Below are positions 18,157 through 28,464 of a stretch of 64,000 nt of DNA, piece by piece. The DNA comes from a virus. Taxonomy: Duplodnaviria; Heunggongvirae; Uroviricota; Caudoviricetes. The position numbers were made by a program, and so were the translations under genes. Every line of letters begins with the position of its first letter. Position 1 is the stretch's first letter. The stretch is from positions 75,683-139,682 of the IMG/VR virus record IMGVR_UViG_2700989044_000001; one strand, given 5' to 3'. The notes below the pieces were generated by a model. The model searched no databases, was not told the origin of the DNA, and saw only the letters and a program-made list of their open reading frames with translations.

Positions 18157-18294
18157 GTAATAATCTTTTTAGATAGAATTTCCATTGTAAGGATGATTTT
18201 CTTTGTTTTAATATTTATTATTACCATGTAAAAAATATGGCTCAGAATTGAATCTAGTGATTTTAATGACAGAGTTTATATAGAATATCATTAT

Positions 18295-18329
18295 AAAAAG
18301 GAAAATAGATTAAATCTATTTTCCTTTTT
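18295..18329. repeat. Perfect 17-bp inverted repeat (bidirectional terminator or operator)
   Basis: aaaaaggaaaatagatt-a-aatctattttccttttt. Confidence 0.65.
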
Positions 18330-18614
18330 TTGCGTTTTTTACATAAATAAGACGCACTTATTGTTATAATTACATATTAATTGTATTGGAATGAAATAAG
18401 CTTAGTTTGTTTTTTACTCTTTATTGGATTTTTTTTAAGAAAGTTGTTATAATTCATCAAAAAAATCCTATACTATTGATAGGTGAATGTAAAAATTATT
18501 CATTTTTTAAAGAGCTATCTACTAAGTGAAATTAGACAGCTTCGTTATGTATAGAAAAATTGCATATTATCACTTTTCAAAAAGTGTTTTTTAAAAAGAT
18601 AGGAGGCGTTACAT

Positions 18615-19127
18615 TTGTACTTAGTGAAATCGAACGGGAATTACCATATCGTTATTTCAGATATTGATGTTTCCATTTCACCTTTACAAAGCGTTGAAAT
18701 TGAAGATAACGTTTTTGAAAATTCTTCACACGCTAAAGATTTACTTGATAATAAGTTTATAGTAGCTGAAAAAGTTACTAAATTACCGAAAGTAGAAGAA
18801 AAAAAGAAAACTGAAGTTAAGAAAGAAAAAGCTGAAGTTTTCGTCGCTAGAGAAACAAAGAAAGTTGAAGAAGTTGAAAATGTTTTTGTAGCAGAAGTGA
18901 AAGAAGCTAAAACTAAAGCTAAGGCTGAAGTTGGAGCGGAGCAAGAAGTCATTACTAAAGAAGAAGTTTCTAAAGAGGAAACTAAAGCTGAGGTAAAACC
19001 AGTTGCTAAAAAGACTGAAGTTAAAAAAGCTGAACCTATTAAAGAAGAAGCTAAAGTTGAAGCAACTGAGGAAGAAAAAACTACTAAAAAAACTGTTACT
19101 AGAAGAAATACTAGAGCTAAAAAATAA
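18615..19127 (+). CDS. Lys/Glu-rich hypothetical, probably virion-associated
   Basis: RBS aggagg, TTG start; low-complexity K/E/A C-terminal half. Confidence 0.65.
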   Translation: MYLVKSNGNYHIVISDIDVSISPLQSVEIEDNVFENSSHAKDLLDNKFIVAEKVTKLPKVEEKKKTEVKKEKAEVFVARETKKVEEVENVFVAEVKEAKTKAKAEVGAEQEVITKEEVSKEETKAEVKPVAKKTEVKKAEPIKEEAKVEATEEEKTTKKTVTRRNTRAKK

Positions 19128-19141
19128 GGGGGATATTTTAA

Positions 19142-20401
19142 ATGTCAAAAAAATTAAATTGGTTAGATAAATTCGCTCAAGAGCAAGCTGAAAAACAAAC
19201 AATGAAGAAGGTAGCATCTACTAAAAAAGTTGCTAATCAAATTATCGTAAGTCCAGAAGATGTACCAAGTGCTGAAGAAGGATCTACAATTGAGTTTAAT
19301 GGTGAACAATTTAAAGTCGTAGACGCTAATTTCTCTGATGAAGTTGGCCCAGGTGTAGTATTAGAAAGAGCTGCTGCTTACGAAAATTTACAAGGTAATC
19401 CAATGGACGTTTCTATGGGTACACAAAGTGCTGGTATGGTACCAGCTTCTAATAATGGTCAACAATATCACTATGATTTAAATAACAATACTCAACAAAC
19501 TTATAGCATTGAAGAAGATGCTCAATATGGTATGTCTTCTGCACCAGCTACTGAACAACAAATTGCAGGGGAAAACGCAGTAGATCGTACAAATGTTCCA
19601 GGTAGATACACTCCATCGCCTGATTTAAGTTCTGCTAATGGTGTGGCTACTCCAGGTATGCCTACTGCTCCAGCGCCAGTTTCAGTTGATGCGCCAGCTG
19701 CAGCTCCAACAACTGAACCAGCTCCAGCTGCTGAAACTCCAGTGGGAGATACTACAACTACTGAAGAACTAACTGTTGATGAAACTACTGAAACTCCAAC
19801 TGAAGACAAAACTGAAGAAAAAGAAAACAAAATTCTTTCTAAAGTTAAAAGTTCTCTTCCAAAAAAAGAGAAAAAAGCAGTTTCTAAAAGAACTGCAATG
19901 AATACTTCTATTATCAACTTAGCTTCTGATGTTTCTGATGCTATTGTTGCTGAAACTGAAGATGTATTAGAAGATGCTGAAGAAACAGTTAAGCAATTAG
20001 TTCCTTCACATTTAGCTACAAAAGCTCTTCAACTATTAGAAGCGGAATTAGAAGAAGAAGGTATCGAAGCTTTATTTGATAAAGCTGATTCTTTAAGTAA
20101 AACTGCTGGTGAAGAAGAAGATTGTACTGAAGAAGAAATGAAAGAAATTGTTAAAAAAGTTGCTGAAGCTGTAGTGGAAGATATGGAAAAAACTCTTGCT
20201 GAAGCTGATGAAACAATGGATGAAGAAAGAGAAACTTTAGCTGATGGTGAAGATCAATTTGAATTAGAAGCTAAATTAAAAGCTATGGTTGAACGCAAAT
20301 TACATGCTAAAGGTATTTATACTCGTTTCGCTCGTACAGCTAAAAAAGCTCCAAAGAAAACAATTGCTCAAAAAATTCGTGAAGCTCGTAAAAATCGCTA
20401 A
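19142..20401 (+). CDS. Acidic low-complexity protein, possible internal head/scaffold-like protein
   Basis: E/D/A/P/T-rich with basic ends; highly expressed-type codon bias (gct, act, gaa). Confidence 0.55.
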   Translation: MSKKLNWLDKFAQEQAEKQTMKKVASTKKVANQIIVSPEDVPSAEEGSTIEFNGEQFKVVDANFSDEVGPGVVLERAAAYENLQGNPMDVSMGTQSAGMVPASNNGQQYHYDLNNNTQQTYSIEEDAQYGMSSAPATEQQIAGENAVDRTNVPGRYTPSPDLSSANGVATPGMPTAPAPVSVDAPAAAPTTEPAPAAETPVGDTTTTEELTVDETTETPTEDKTEEKENKILSKVKSSLPKKEKKAVSKRTAMNTSIINLASDVSDAIVAETEDVLEDAEETVKQLVPSHLATKALQLLEAELEEEGIEALFDKADSLSKTAGEEEDCTEEEMKEIVKKVAEAVVEDMEKTLAEADETMDEERETLADGEDQFELEAKLKAMVERKLHAKGIYTRFARTAKKAPKKTIAQKIREARKNR

Positions 20402-20492
20402 TTAAAATAAAAACTTTTATAATTTGTATTTTATAAGCAGATACTATAATTTAGTATCTGCTTTTTATTTGCTATTAAGGAGGCGGTTTAAA

Positions 20493-21641
20493 TTGTCGAA
20501 GATTTATCATAGAGGTCAAGATTTATTTTTATATGTGCAATTTAAAGATGAACAAAATAAACCATTAATTGAAATAGAAAGTCCAGTATTTACTATTAGT
20601 TATGAGAAAAATGGCGACTACTATACTCTATTTGAGGAGCAAGAATTATTTCCGTTAGATCAATCACAAGGTGAATATTGTTTTAATATATCTTTGCCTG
20701 AAAATGCAGAGTACTCAATATACGATATAGAATATTCTGCTAATACAGTGGACGGAAAAGTGGCGAGAGTGAATGAGAATTTCCATGTAATCCCTAAATC
20801 TGAAAAATACGCAGATGCAATAAAAGTTTATGGTTTTATTCACCAAACGAGAGTAGGTTATCCATTAATTAGTGCTATAGTTAAAATAAAGTTAGTAGAT
20901 AATTCAAAAATTGTAGCAGAATCATATACTAACTTTGATGGTAGGTGGGAAGCATACTTATATCCAGGCGAATATGTTTTTGAATTTTGGAAATTCGGAT
21001 TTAAAAGCGAAGAAATAGTAGCGCAAATTGGTGTTGAACATACTGAAATACAATTTGACAATGTTTCTTTAGAATCAGAAAATGAAATTAATACTGGCAA
21101 TGGCATTTATACTATCTCAGATAATTTTGTTACTAGAGAAGGAACACCTTTAGAAGGTTTAACGGTTAAAGCGATAGATGTTCTAAAGATTGGTACGAGT
21201 AAAGAAGTTGCCGCGCAAGACATAACAAATAATAGTGGTGAATATAGAATATATTTAGACCCAGGTATCTATTTGCTTAAAGTAAATGGTAATTCACTAT
21301 TAGAAGATTTTTCTCAAACTTTCAGATTAAGAATAGAAGACAATGGGAAATTCACATTGGAGAATTTAACGCAAAATGTTGGAGTCCCAGCAGACGATCT
21401 AATGGTAGATCAAGGTAGTGGAAGTGTAACTATAGAAGATTATATAAAAGATACAAATGGAACTCCTATAGTTGATGTTCAAATTTGTGTATATAGAAAA
21501 AATGATATTAATACTTTAGTAGCGCAAGACTACACGGACCCAGCTGGAAAGTGGGCTGTGCATTTGGATCCTGATACTTATATATTTGAGTATTACCACC
21601 CAGAGTTCCATGAATTCCAAGAGGAAAAGCAAGTTAAGTAA
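20493..21641 (+). CDS. Virion protein with repeated carboxypeptidase-regulatory-like (transthyretin/Cna-B) beta-sandwich domains
   Basis: Three repeats of T..DG.W..YL.PG.Y.F; TTG 20493 has RBS aaggagg. Confidence 0.6.
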   Translation: MSKIYHRGQDLFLYVQFKDEQNKPLIEIESPVFTISYEKNGDYYTLFEEQELFPLDQSQGEYCFNISLPENAEYSIYDIEYSANTVDGKVARVNENFHVIPKSEKYADAIKVYGFIHQTRVGYPLISAIVKIKLVDNSKIVAESYTNFDGRWEAYLYPGEYVFEFWKFGFKSEEIVAQIGVEHTEIQFDNVSLESENEINTGNGIYTISDNFVTREGTPLEGLTVKAIDVLKIGTSKEVAAQDITNNSGEYRIYLDPGIYLLKVNGNSLLEDFSQTFRLRIEDNGKFTLENLTQNVGVPADDLMVDQGSGSVTIEDYIKDTNGTPIVDVQICVYRKNDINTLVAQDYTDPAGKWAVHLDPDTYIFEYYHPEFHEFQEEKQVK

Positions 21642-21810
21642 GTATTAAATTTAATAAAAATTTAAATAAGATTATTGTTGAGGAGTGTAATAAATCTCAG
21701 TAGTAATCTTATTTTTTTTATGAAGGAATCAATATTGATTTGATTTTCTTGATTGAAAGAGAGAGTGTTAATAGTAAAAAAAATAAACACATAATAAGGT
21801 GGGCCACTTT

Positions 21811-22608
21811 ATGAAAAATGAAGAGAGATACAAAGGCTATATTCAAGTAGATAACGATAAACTTGCTTCCTACTACGAAGGAAAAAATTTAGATGAACTA
21901 TGTGCGAATCAATATTTAGTAACTGAAGATGGGCATGTTGTTAAATTTAATTGAGAAAGAATTGTTCATTTGAATTTACCAGAAATGAAAAACTTTAAAG
22001 CCAAAAACATCCATCAAAAGATGGCACTCGATTTATTACATGATAAGAGCACTCCTGCAAAATGCTTGGTAGGTATTGCGGGTTCAGGTAAGACAAGATT
22101 AGCTATTCAATATGGTTTACATTTATTAGCAGAAGGCGACATTCAAAAAATCTTTATTACTCGTAACCCAGCTACTGTCGGTGAATCAATTGGTTTTTTA
22201 CCTGGTGATAAGTCTGAAAAAATAAACTTTATCACACAACCAATTTTAGATAACTTAGAAAATGGTGAATTTGGTCTAGCACACATGATACAAAAAGAAC
22301 AATTAGAATTTGATGCTCCAAACTTCTTACAAGGTCGAGATATCCGCCATGCATTAGTTATTGTAGACGAAGCTCAAATGATGGATAGAGCATTGGTGAA
22401 AATGCTTGGAAGTCGTGTTGGAGAAGGTTCACAAATTGTTTTTGTTGGTGACTATGAACAAGCATTCGATAAAAGATATAAAGGCGAAAATAACGGTCTA
22501 TTGCACATGATTAATGCGCTTAAAGGCGAAAAAATCTTTGGCGTAATGGAACTTCAAGATAGCGTGCGCGGACCTGTAGCTGAAATGTTCGCTAAAATGG
22601 ACATTTAA
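21811..22608 (+). pseudogene. phoH: PhoH-family ATPase interrupted by in-frame TGA at 21952-21954
   Basis: 47-codon upstream ORF is in frame with track ORF 21970; GIAGSGKT, IGFLPG, FLQGRDI, DEAQ, GDYEQ, VRGPVA motifs. Confidence 0.8.
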
Positions 22609-22688
22609 ATATATCATCATAATAAATAGTTATTTTTTAAAACCCCTCTTCTATTCTCTTATTAAAAGAATAAAAAAGGGGTTTTATC

Positions 22689-23147
22689 GTGCCTACAATA
22701 AAGAATGTTTCAAATAATAATATCATTATTTTTAATAAGATACTCGAACCTGGGAAATCAACAAATATTAATCGAGTACAATTAGATGAAATAGAAGATC
22801 TTATAAATAGCGAACAATTAAAAATTGAACCACGTCAAAATAAGAAAGTAGAGAAGCCGAAAATGGAGACTGCAGCTATTGTAAATGAAATAGATAAGGA
22901 ACAATTCTTAGAAGTAAAAGAGAGATTAATTCCAGCGTTTTTCAGTTTACATTTAAATGAAAGTTTAACTAAAGAACAATTAAAAGACTTGATATGGTTT
23001 TTTAAAAACGTTGGACCTACATCTCAATTAGAAGATGAAGTTAAATCTTTAATGAATGATGTTGCTTCTGGAGAAGAATTAGTTGAAGTGCTTTTAAATA
23101 ACTTATACCCTGAGTTAATTAATAGTTATTTGAAAAATAATAATTAA
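22689..23147 (+). CDS. Hypothetical protein
   Basis: RBS aagggg, GTG start. Confidence 0.6.
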   Translation: MPTIKNVSNNNIIIFNKILEPGKSTNINRVQLDEIEDLINSEQLKIEPRQNKKVEKPKMETAAIVNEIDKEQFLEVKERLIPAFFSLHLNESLTKEQLKDLIWFFKNVGPTSQLEDEVKSLMNDVASGEELVEVLLNNLYPELINSYLKNNN

Positions 23148-23235
23148 TTAGTAAAGAAATTTTTATTTGAAGTTCGCTTATTATATTTATGGTAGACTGT
23201 AAAGTTTACTATTATATAGTTAGGGGTGATATTCT

Positions 23236-23457
23236 ATGGCTAAGTACAAATTAAAAGGCAATATCGATGGAGTAGAGCAAGTTTTCCTAGTTTTACACGA
23301 AAAAGGAAAAGATACTCAAATGTTAACTATGGTTGAAGGCGTTGAATACGAACTTACTTTAAACCAAGTAAACATGTTACCAAAAGACAAAGATGGTAAA
23401 GTTATTGGTTTATTTGAAGAAGTCGTAGCACCACCAGAAGTAGACCCAGAAGGTTAA
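23236..23457 (+). CDS. Hypothetical small protein
   Basis: RBS aggggtg; terminator at 23465-23497. Confidence 0.7.
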   Translation: MAKYKLKGNIDGVEQVFLVLHEKGKDTQMLTMVEGVEYELTLNQVNMLPKDKDGKVIGLFEEVVAPPEVDPEG

Positions 23458-23575
23458 TAGTACTAAAAAGAAGCAAGATAAAACTTGCTTCTTTTTTATG
23501 AATAATAATTGTTAATTTTGATATTTATTTATAAGACGACAATAGTCGTTAAAAAAAATATTGGAGGTGTTAAAT

Positions 23576-24115
23576 ATGGCTGTTATTTTAACTCCCATTA
23601 ATCAAGTAGCTTCTCACCCTACATCAAAAAGAGAAAGAGAATTGATTCAACAACTAAGAGTTATGCTTAAAGATTTACCTCAAGACGTAAATAGAACTTT
23701 AAACACATTAGTTGAAGAAGATAGAGGTGAACGCTGGTCAGATATGCAATTGTTGATTTATTTGCAACAAGCTATTGCAGATATTAATGCTGAACCGGCT
23801 CATACTAGTTATGAACTTGATAATTTTCCGGAACCATGGAAAGCGTGTGTTATTAATGGTTCAATGATCTTCGCTTTAATTGCGGAAGGTATCCTTCAGG
23901 TGGGTGAACAATTTTCGTATTCGGATAATGGTATTTCATTATCTATCAATCTTGCTCAAGGTTATCAGTCTATGGCTCAAATGCTTTTAGCAGGCTATAC
24001 TCAATTGAAGAAAGATATTAAACGAGCTATGAGACCAACTGCCGCTGGCGTTAAGTCGAGTCCAGCTCCGGTGCGAATTAGATCTTATGCTCCGCGTCAG
24101 TGGACGTATAGATAA
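23576..24115 (+). CDS. Head-tail adaptor (neck) protein
   Basis: IQQLRVMLKD...WSDMQL..YL..A..DIN..P...FSYSDNGISL; RBS ggagg before ATG 23576. Confidence 0.6.
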   Translation: MAVILTPINQVASHPTSKRERELIQQLRVMLKDLPQDVNRTLNTLVEEDRGERWSDMQLLIYLQQAIADINAEPAHTSYELDNFPEPWKACVINGSMIFALIAEGILQVGEQFSYSDNGISLSINLAQGYQSMAQMLLAGYTQLKKDIKRAMRPTAAGVKSSPAPVRIRSYAPRQWTYR

Positions 24116-24156
24116 TAATCATTTAGTGATGGAAAGAGGCTATATGCCTCTTTTTA

Positions 24157-24185
24157 TTTACATAAAATCAATAATATGATATAAT
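24157..24185 (+). promoter_or_regulatory. sigmaA-type promoter
   Basis: TTTACA-N17-TATAAT with TG, directly after terminator 24133-24155. Confidence 0.7.
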
Positions 24186-24222
24186 ATCTTTATAAGGAAA
24201 TAAAAGAAAGGAGAAAAAAGTA

Positions 24223-24543
24223 ATGGGGGCTTTTTATAAAAAAACATGTCCAATATGTAATAATAAATTAACTAAAGAGAGGGTTAATTCAGTTAGGCGA
24301 ATAGAATGTCCTAATCAATGTTATGGTTACTTCAGATTTTCATCACAAGATGAATTGTATCAAGTGCAGGTTAGGGTTTTTGGGAAGTCGTTTGATGTAT
24401 ATAATGTAATTCAGGGCAATAGGAAAACATATAAACAAACAAGCAATATTACAAAAGAAATAAATTACTGGAAAGAAGATGAACGATATCTATTAAAATT
24501 ATTGACAATAGATAAAAATGAACGTCTTCAGTGGCCAAAGTAA
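24223..24543 (+). CDS. Zinc-ribbon hypothetical protein
   Basis: CPIC...CPNQC. Confidence 0.6.
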   Translation: MGAFYKKTCPICNNKLTKERVNSVRRIECPNQCYGYFRFSSQDELYQVQVRVFGKSFDVYNVIQGNRKTYKQTSNITKEINYWKEDERYLLKLLTIDKNERLQWPK

Positions 24544-24619
24544 TAAGAGACCCATGGTCTCTTTTTTTTTATGTTTTGATTTTTACAATTGCGGAAGATT
24601 TCTTTGTTAATAAAAATTG

Positions 24620-24648
24620 TTTACAAAATCACAAAAATATGGTATAAT
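24620..24648 (+). promoter_or_regulatory. sigmaA-type promoter
   Basis: TTTACA-N17-TATAAT with TG. Confidence 0.7.
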
Positions 24649-24689
24649 AATATTATAAGGAACAAAGAAAAATTAAGGAGGGGAATCAA

Positions 24690-25823
24690 GTGGTAAATTA
24701 TGTTGTTTTAGATCTTGAAGCAAATAATGATGAAATAATTGAAATTGGTGCTATAAAATTAGATAAGAATTTAAAAACCATTGGTAAGTTTAGGACGTTT
24801 GTAAAACCTCTTAATCAAATTAGGCTTTCTAGTTTTATAAGAGACTTAACTAAAATAAAACAAGTAGATATTGATAATGCCAAAACTTTTGACAAGGTTT
24901 ATGATAAGTTTTTAAATTGGGTAGGGAATGATTCTATCATAATAACTTGGAGTAATACTGATAAGTATTTCTTAAATAAGGAATTTAATAGATACAAAAT
25001 TACAAATAAAGATATTTTTAAAAGATTCTTAAATATCCAGAGAAGGGTTTCGCAAATTTTATTAAGTAATGATGAAGTAGGGTTAAAGCGCGTTTTGAAG
25101 AAATTAAAAATAGAACCCCGTGGTCAATTTCATAGGGCTTTAGATGATGCTATTAATACGTCTAGGGTAATGGTGAAATTATTTAACTTATTAGGTCAAT
25201 TCAATATTACAAAAAATGGTTATGCAGTTTTGAACACTGAGGGACCTACCAAAATAGATAAACAACGCTACAAAAATCAAATGAATAAACTCACTATGGG
25301 AGAGTTAGAAGAAAGAATTAGCGTACTTAACTCTGTTATGGATAGTGAATTCGAGAAAGAAAAAATTGAAAAAAAATACTTATTTAGTATTACTAGCGAG
25401 AAATATAAAATAATAAAATCTATTTGGATGGAGAAAAAGAAATTAGAGATACTAACATCTCAAGATATGGATATTGCGCAAATAATTTTATTCACTAATA
25501 ATGTCAATAGATTGTTTACTCATAAAAATGAATTTATATTAAAAAACAATTTAGATGAAAAAGAGTTGCTTTTTGATAAAGAAAGTCAAAAAGAAATTAA
25601 ACGACTAAAGACAGTGGCTAAAAGATATAATAAGATTGATTATTTAGAAATAACTAAAGAAGCAGTAATAAAAAATTATAAAGCTATTGTTTCTTTAATC
25701 CATAGAATACTTATGACTCCATCTTTTAATGTCAATTATAAAGAAGATTTGTCAGAAATTTTAAAATCTACCGAAAGAAAATTAAGCAAATTAATTACAA
25801 GTCGTGGGAAGGTGGCTAGTTAA
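24690..25823 (+). CDS. DEDDh 3'-5' exonuclease (ERI-1/KapD-like) with helical C-terminal extension
   Basis: VVLDLEA, EIIEIGA, LTKI, W..TD, HRALDDA. Confidence 0.85.
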   Translation: MVNYVVLDLEANNDEIIEIGAIKLDKNLKTIGKFRTFVKPLNQIRLSSFIRDLTKIKQVDIDNAKTFDKVYDKFLNWVGNDSIIITWSNTDKYFLNKEFNRYKITNKDIFKRFLNIQRRVSQILLSNDEVGLKRVLKKLKIEPRGQFHRALDDAINTSRVMVKLFNLLGQFNITKNGYAVLNTEGPTKIDKQRYKNQMNKLTMGELEERISVLNSVMDSEFEKEKIEKKYLFSITSEKYKIIKSIWMEKKKLEILTSQDMDIAQIILFTNNVNRLFTHKNEFILKNNLDEKELLFDKESQKEIKRLKTVAKRYNKIDYLEITKEAVIKNYKAIVSLIHRILMTPSFNVNYKEDLSEILKSTERKLSKLITSRGKVAS

Positions 25824-26159
25824 GTGGATTATAAACCCATGTTAATTGAAGCATTAAAAGAAATAGATAAGTGGTATAGCATAAGAAATGAATTGCGTTT
25901 AAATGAAAATGAACTTTTTTATATTGATTTCTATAGAGATATACGCGCTAATTGTTCTCTTATTCGTTCAAAATTTAAAAGTTGGAATACCGTAGAATAT
26001 GTAAGTAATATGGGCTATAAACTTCATAGTGAAATAAAAGAATTCATAAGACTAATTAGCCCACTTATAGAGAGTAATCCTGCTCACAAAGATAAGTTGG
26101 GAGAAATAAAAGATAATTTAGAGACATTGATTGTGATATTTGAATTATCTGATTGTTAA
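25824..26159 (+). CDS. Hypothetical protein
   Basis: GTG start abutting upstream stop. Confidence 0.6.
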   Translation: MDYKPMLIEALKEIDKWYSIRNELRLNENELFYIDFYRDIRANCSLIRSKFKSWNTVEYVSNMGYKLHSEIKEFIRLISPLIESNPAHKDKLGEIKDNLETLIVIFELSDC

Positions 26160-26174
26160 AGAAAGGAGATTAAG

Positions 26175-26531
26175 ATGATTGAAAGGATTAATGAATATAA
26201 TTATGAAAAATTTAAAGAAATGATTTATGAGATAAGTCAAAATAAATATAGAATGTTTGGACATTTAAATAGGTATCTTTTAACTTTAGAACAAGAAAAA
26301 ATCGCAAGGAGAATAGAATCACTTGTAAAGACTGTCGCTAGATATAATGTACAGTTGCGAGTGATGAAAGATTTCCCTCAATTAAATGACTTTAAAGGTG
26401 AATTGAGTGACTTAAGTTATGTAATTAGAGAAACTAAATCAAATGAGGGACTCCAAAATGAATACTGCTTCTTAATAGAAAAATGGGAGAGTGATTTAAT
26501 TAGCTTAGAAATAATGGTCGCGCTAAACTAA
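26175..26531 (+). CDS. Hypothetical protein
   Basis: RBS aaggag. Confidence 0.6.
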   Translation: MIERINEYNYEKFKEMIYEISQNKYRMFGHLNRYLLTLEQEKIARRIESLVKTVARYNVQLRVMKDFPQLNDFKGELSDLSYVIRETKSNEGLQNEYCFLIEKWESDLISLEIMVALN

Positions 26532-26600
26532 AAATGGTGTTAAAAAAAATTAAAAGCCTTCTTATAATATATGTATATTATATTATGAGGAGGCTTTTTT

Positions 26601-27605
26601 ATGACGACAGAAATGAAAAAATACATGGATATCCCACGACTTGGACACAAAACAACAGTAGATTATTTTTCGCACATTGCATCTAAAGGGCTTGAAATTC
26701 AAATTGGTGTTAAATTAGATGGTTCAAATGGACAATTTGAAGTAAATGAAAAAGGAGAGTTACTTGTTTATTCACGAAATCACTTGTTAGATGAAGAAAA
26801 CAACTTACAAGGATTTTATCAATACGTGACTGAAAAAGTTGATCCTGCAAAAATACCAGCAGGTTTCAAGATTTTTGGTGAATGGCTAGTGCCACACAAA
26901 ATAGTTTATCCAAAAGATATGTATCGACAATTTTATTTATTCAGCGTTTATGATTCGAATAATAAAGAATACATTTCACCTAAGTCTGACACTTATAAAC
27001 AAATTTCAAATTATATTGTTGGCGAATTAGGAATGAAGTCTGAGATTATTTTATATGAAGGTATTTACCAAGGGGTAGGGCATATCGGTGAAATATTGAA
27101 AAAAGTTACACGTGATGATGAAGAGTATGTTAATAAAGAAGTAGAATCTATTGATGATGTTTTCCATGAAGGCATCGTAATTAAAGCTCACGATTATCGC
27201 GATCGATATGGTGATCAATTGTTTGTAAAAGTTGTTGGCGAACGTTTTAAAGAAATCAAGAAAGTAAAATATAAAAATAAATCAAAAGGTCCTGATACTT
27301 CTGTTGAAGGTCAAATTGTTGAATTTGCAGTTACAGAAGCGCGGGTTGAAAAAATGCTTTATAAATTAGTTGATGAAGGCATTTTGACTCCAGATTTTAC
27401 TTTGGAAGATATGAATACAATTGCTAAAAACTTACCAAAACGAATTTATGAAGATGTTTTCAAAGAAGAAGCAGATACAATCGCCGATCAATTTGGAGAA
27501 TACGATATTAAAGCGGTAGGTAAAAAATTAAACGGCAAAGCTTTATCGTTAGCAAAAGTTATTATCAACAATCGAATTGAAGAAAAATTGAAACAAATGG
27601 AATGA
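26601..27605 (+). CDS. RNA ligase, Rnl2-like nucleotidyltransferase
   Basis: Motif I KLDGSNG, IFGEW, FYLFSV, EGIVIK, FVKVV. Confidence 0.85.
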   Translation: MTTEMKKYMDIPRLGHKTTVDYFSHIASKGLEIQIGVKLDGSNGQFEVNEKGELLVYSRNHLLDEENNLQGFYQYVTEKVDPAKIPAGFKIFGEWLVPHKIVYPKDMYRQFYLFSVYDSNNKEYISPKSDTYKQISNYIVGELGMKSEIILYEGIYQGVGHIGEILKKVTRDDEEYVNKEVESIDDVFHEGIVIKAHDYRDRYGDQLFVKVVGERFKEIKKVKYKNKSKGPDTSVEGQIVEFAVTEARVEKMLYKLVDEGILTPDFTLEDMNTIAKNLPKRIYEDVFKEEADTIADQFGEYDIKAVGKKLNGKALSLAKVIINNRIEEKLKQME

Positions 27606-27737
27606 TTTTCACCCTTAAAACCTACTATTTTTTAAATAGTAGGTTTTTAAGAAGGAAAATACATAAATCAATTTTCTAATCACTCAGGGTGAATTATTTG
27701 ATTATATAATAATTATATTATATGAGGTGTAGATGAA

Positions 27738-28187
27738 ATGAATATTGAAATTTGGACAGATGGAACATCAAGGCCAAAAATGACAAATAAAAAAAATAAA
27801 GGGAAAGATGGACATTCTGCGGGTTCAATGGTTATTAAAAGTAATGACAGCGTATTACTTCAAGAATCTTTTTATCTTGGGGTTATAGATAATAATCAAG
27901 CAGAGTATTGTTCATTTATTAAAGCATTAAAGTGCGCTATAGATCTAAATGTAGAACATGTTGTTTTTTATACTGATAGTAATTTAATAGAAAAGCAGAT
28001 GAATAATAAGTATTCTGCGCATAAAGATTCAATAATTCCTTATTATGATGAGGCAAAGAATTTATTACAATCATTAAAATCATGGGAAGTAGTTTGGATT
28101 CCACGGACAGAAAATAGAGAAGCTGATAAATTAGCTTATGAATTTATTAAACAATGGCAATTAGAAAACATAACAAGAGATATATAA
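27738..28187 (+). CDS. rnhA: Ribonuclease HI
   Basis: WTDG, NNQAEY, YTDS, NREADKLA. Confidence 0.9.
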   Translation: MNIEIWTDGTSRPKMTNKKNKGKDGHSAGSMVIKSNDSVLLQESFYLGVIDNNQAEYCSFIKALKCAIDLNVEHVVFYTDSNLIEKQMNNKYSAHKDSIIPYYDEAKNLLQSLKSWEVVWIPRTENREADKLAYEFIKQWQLENITRDI

Positions 28188-28231
28188 AGTCACACATTTT
28201 CTATTTTAAATAGAAGAAGTATTTTAAATTT

Positions 28232-28453
28232 GTGTTTGAGGTGAATGATTTGAGAAGATTGATTAGAAAATTAAATAGCGAAAAAGAGGTTTATGTTCCT
28301 CTAAACGAATTAGATGAAGCAGATGTAAAATTTAATAGATGCCCAATATGTAAGGGTGCTGATGAATTGAAAAGAGAAAATGGTTTTAAACATTGCCCTA
28401 ATTGTAAATCAAAATATAAGACTTTTGATGGTAATGTGTATATTGTACAATAG
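28232..28453 (+). CDS. Small zinc-ribbon protein
   Basis: CPIC...CPNC. Confidence 0.55.
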   Translation: MFEVNDLRRLIRKLNSEKEVYVPLNELDEADVKFNRCPICKGADELKRENGFKHCPNCKSKYKTFDGNVYIVQ

Positions 28454-28464
28454 GAGGGAGTTAA

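Noticed and set aside
21952-21954. Genome-wide stop-codon reassignment (TGA=Gly/Trp)
   Set aside because: TGA terminates clear genes (2510, 27605, 60279) and no other long gene has internal TGA or TAG; the second lesion is TAA
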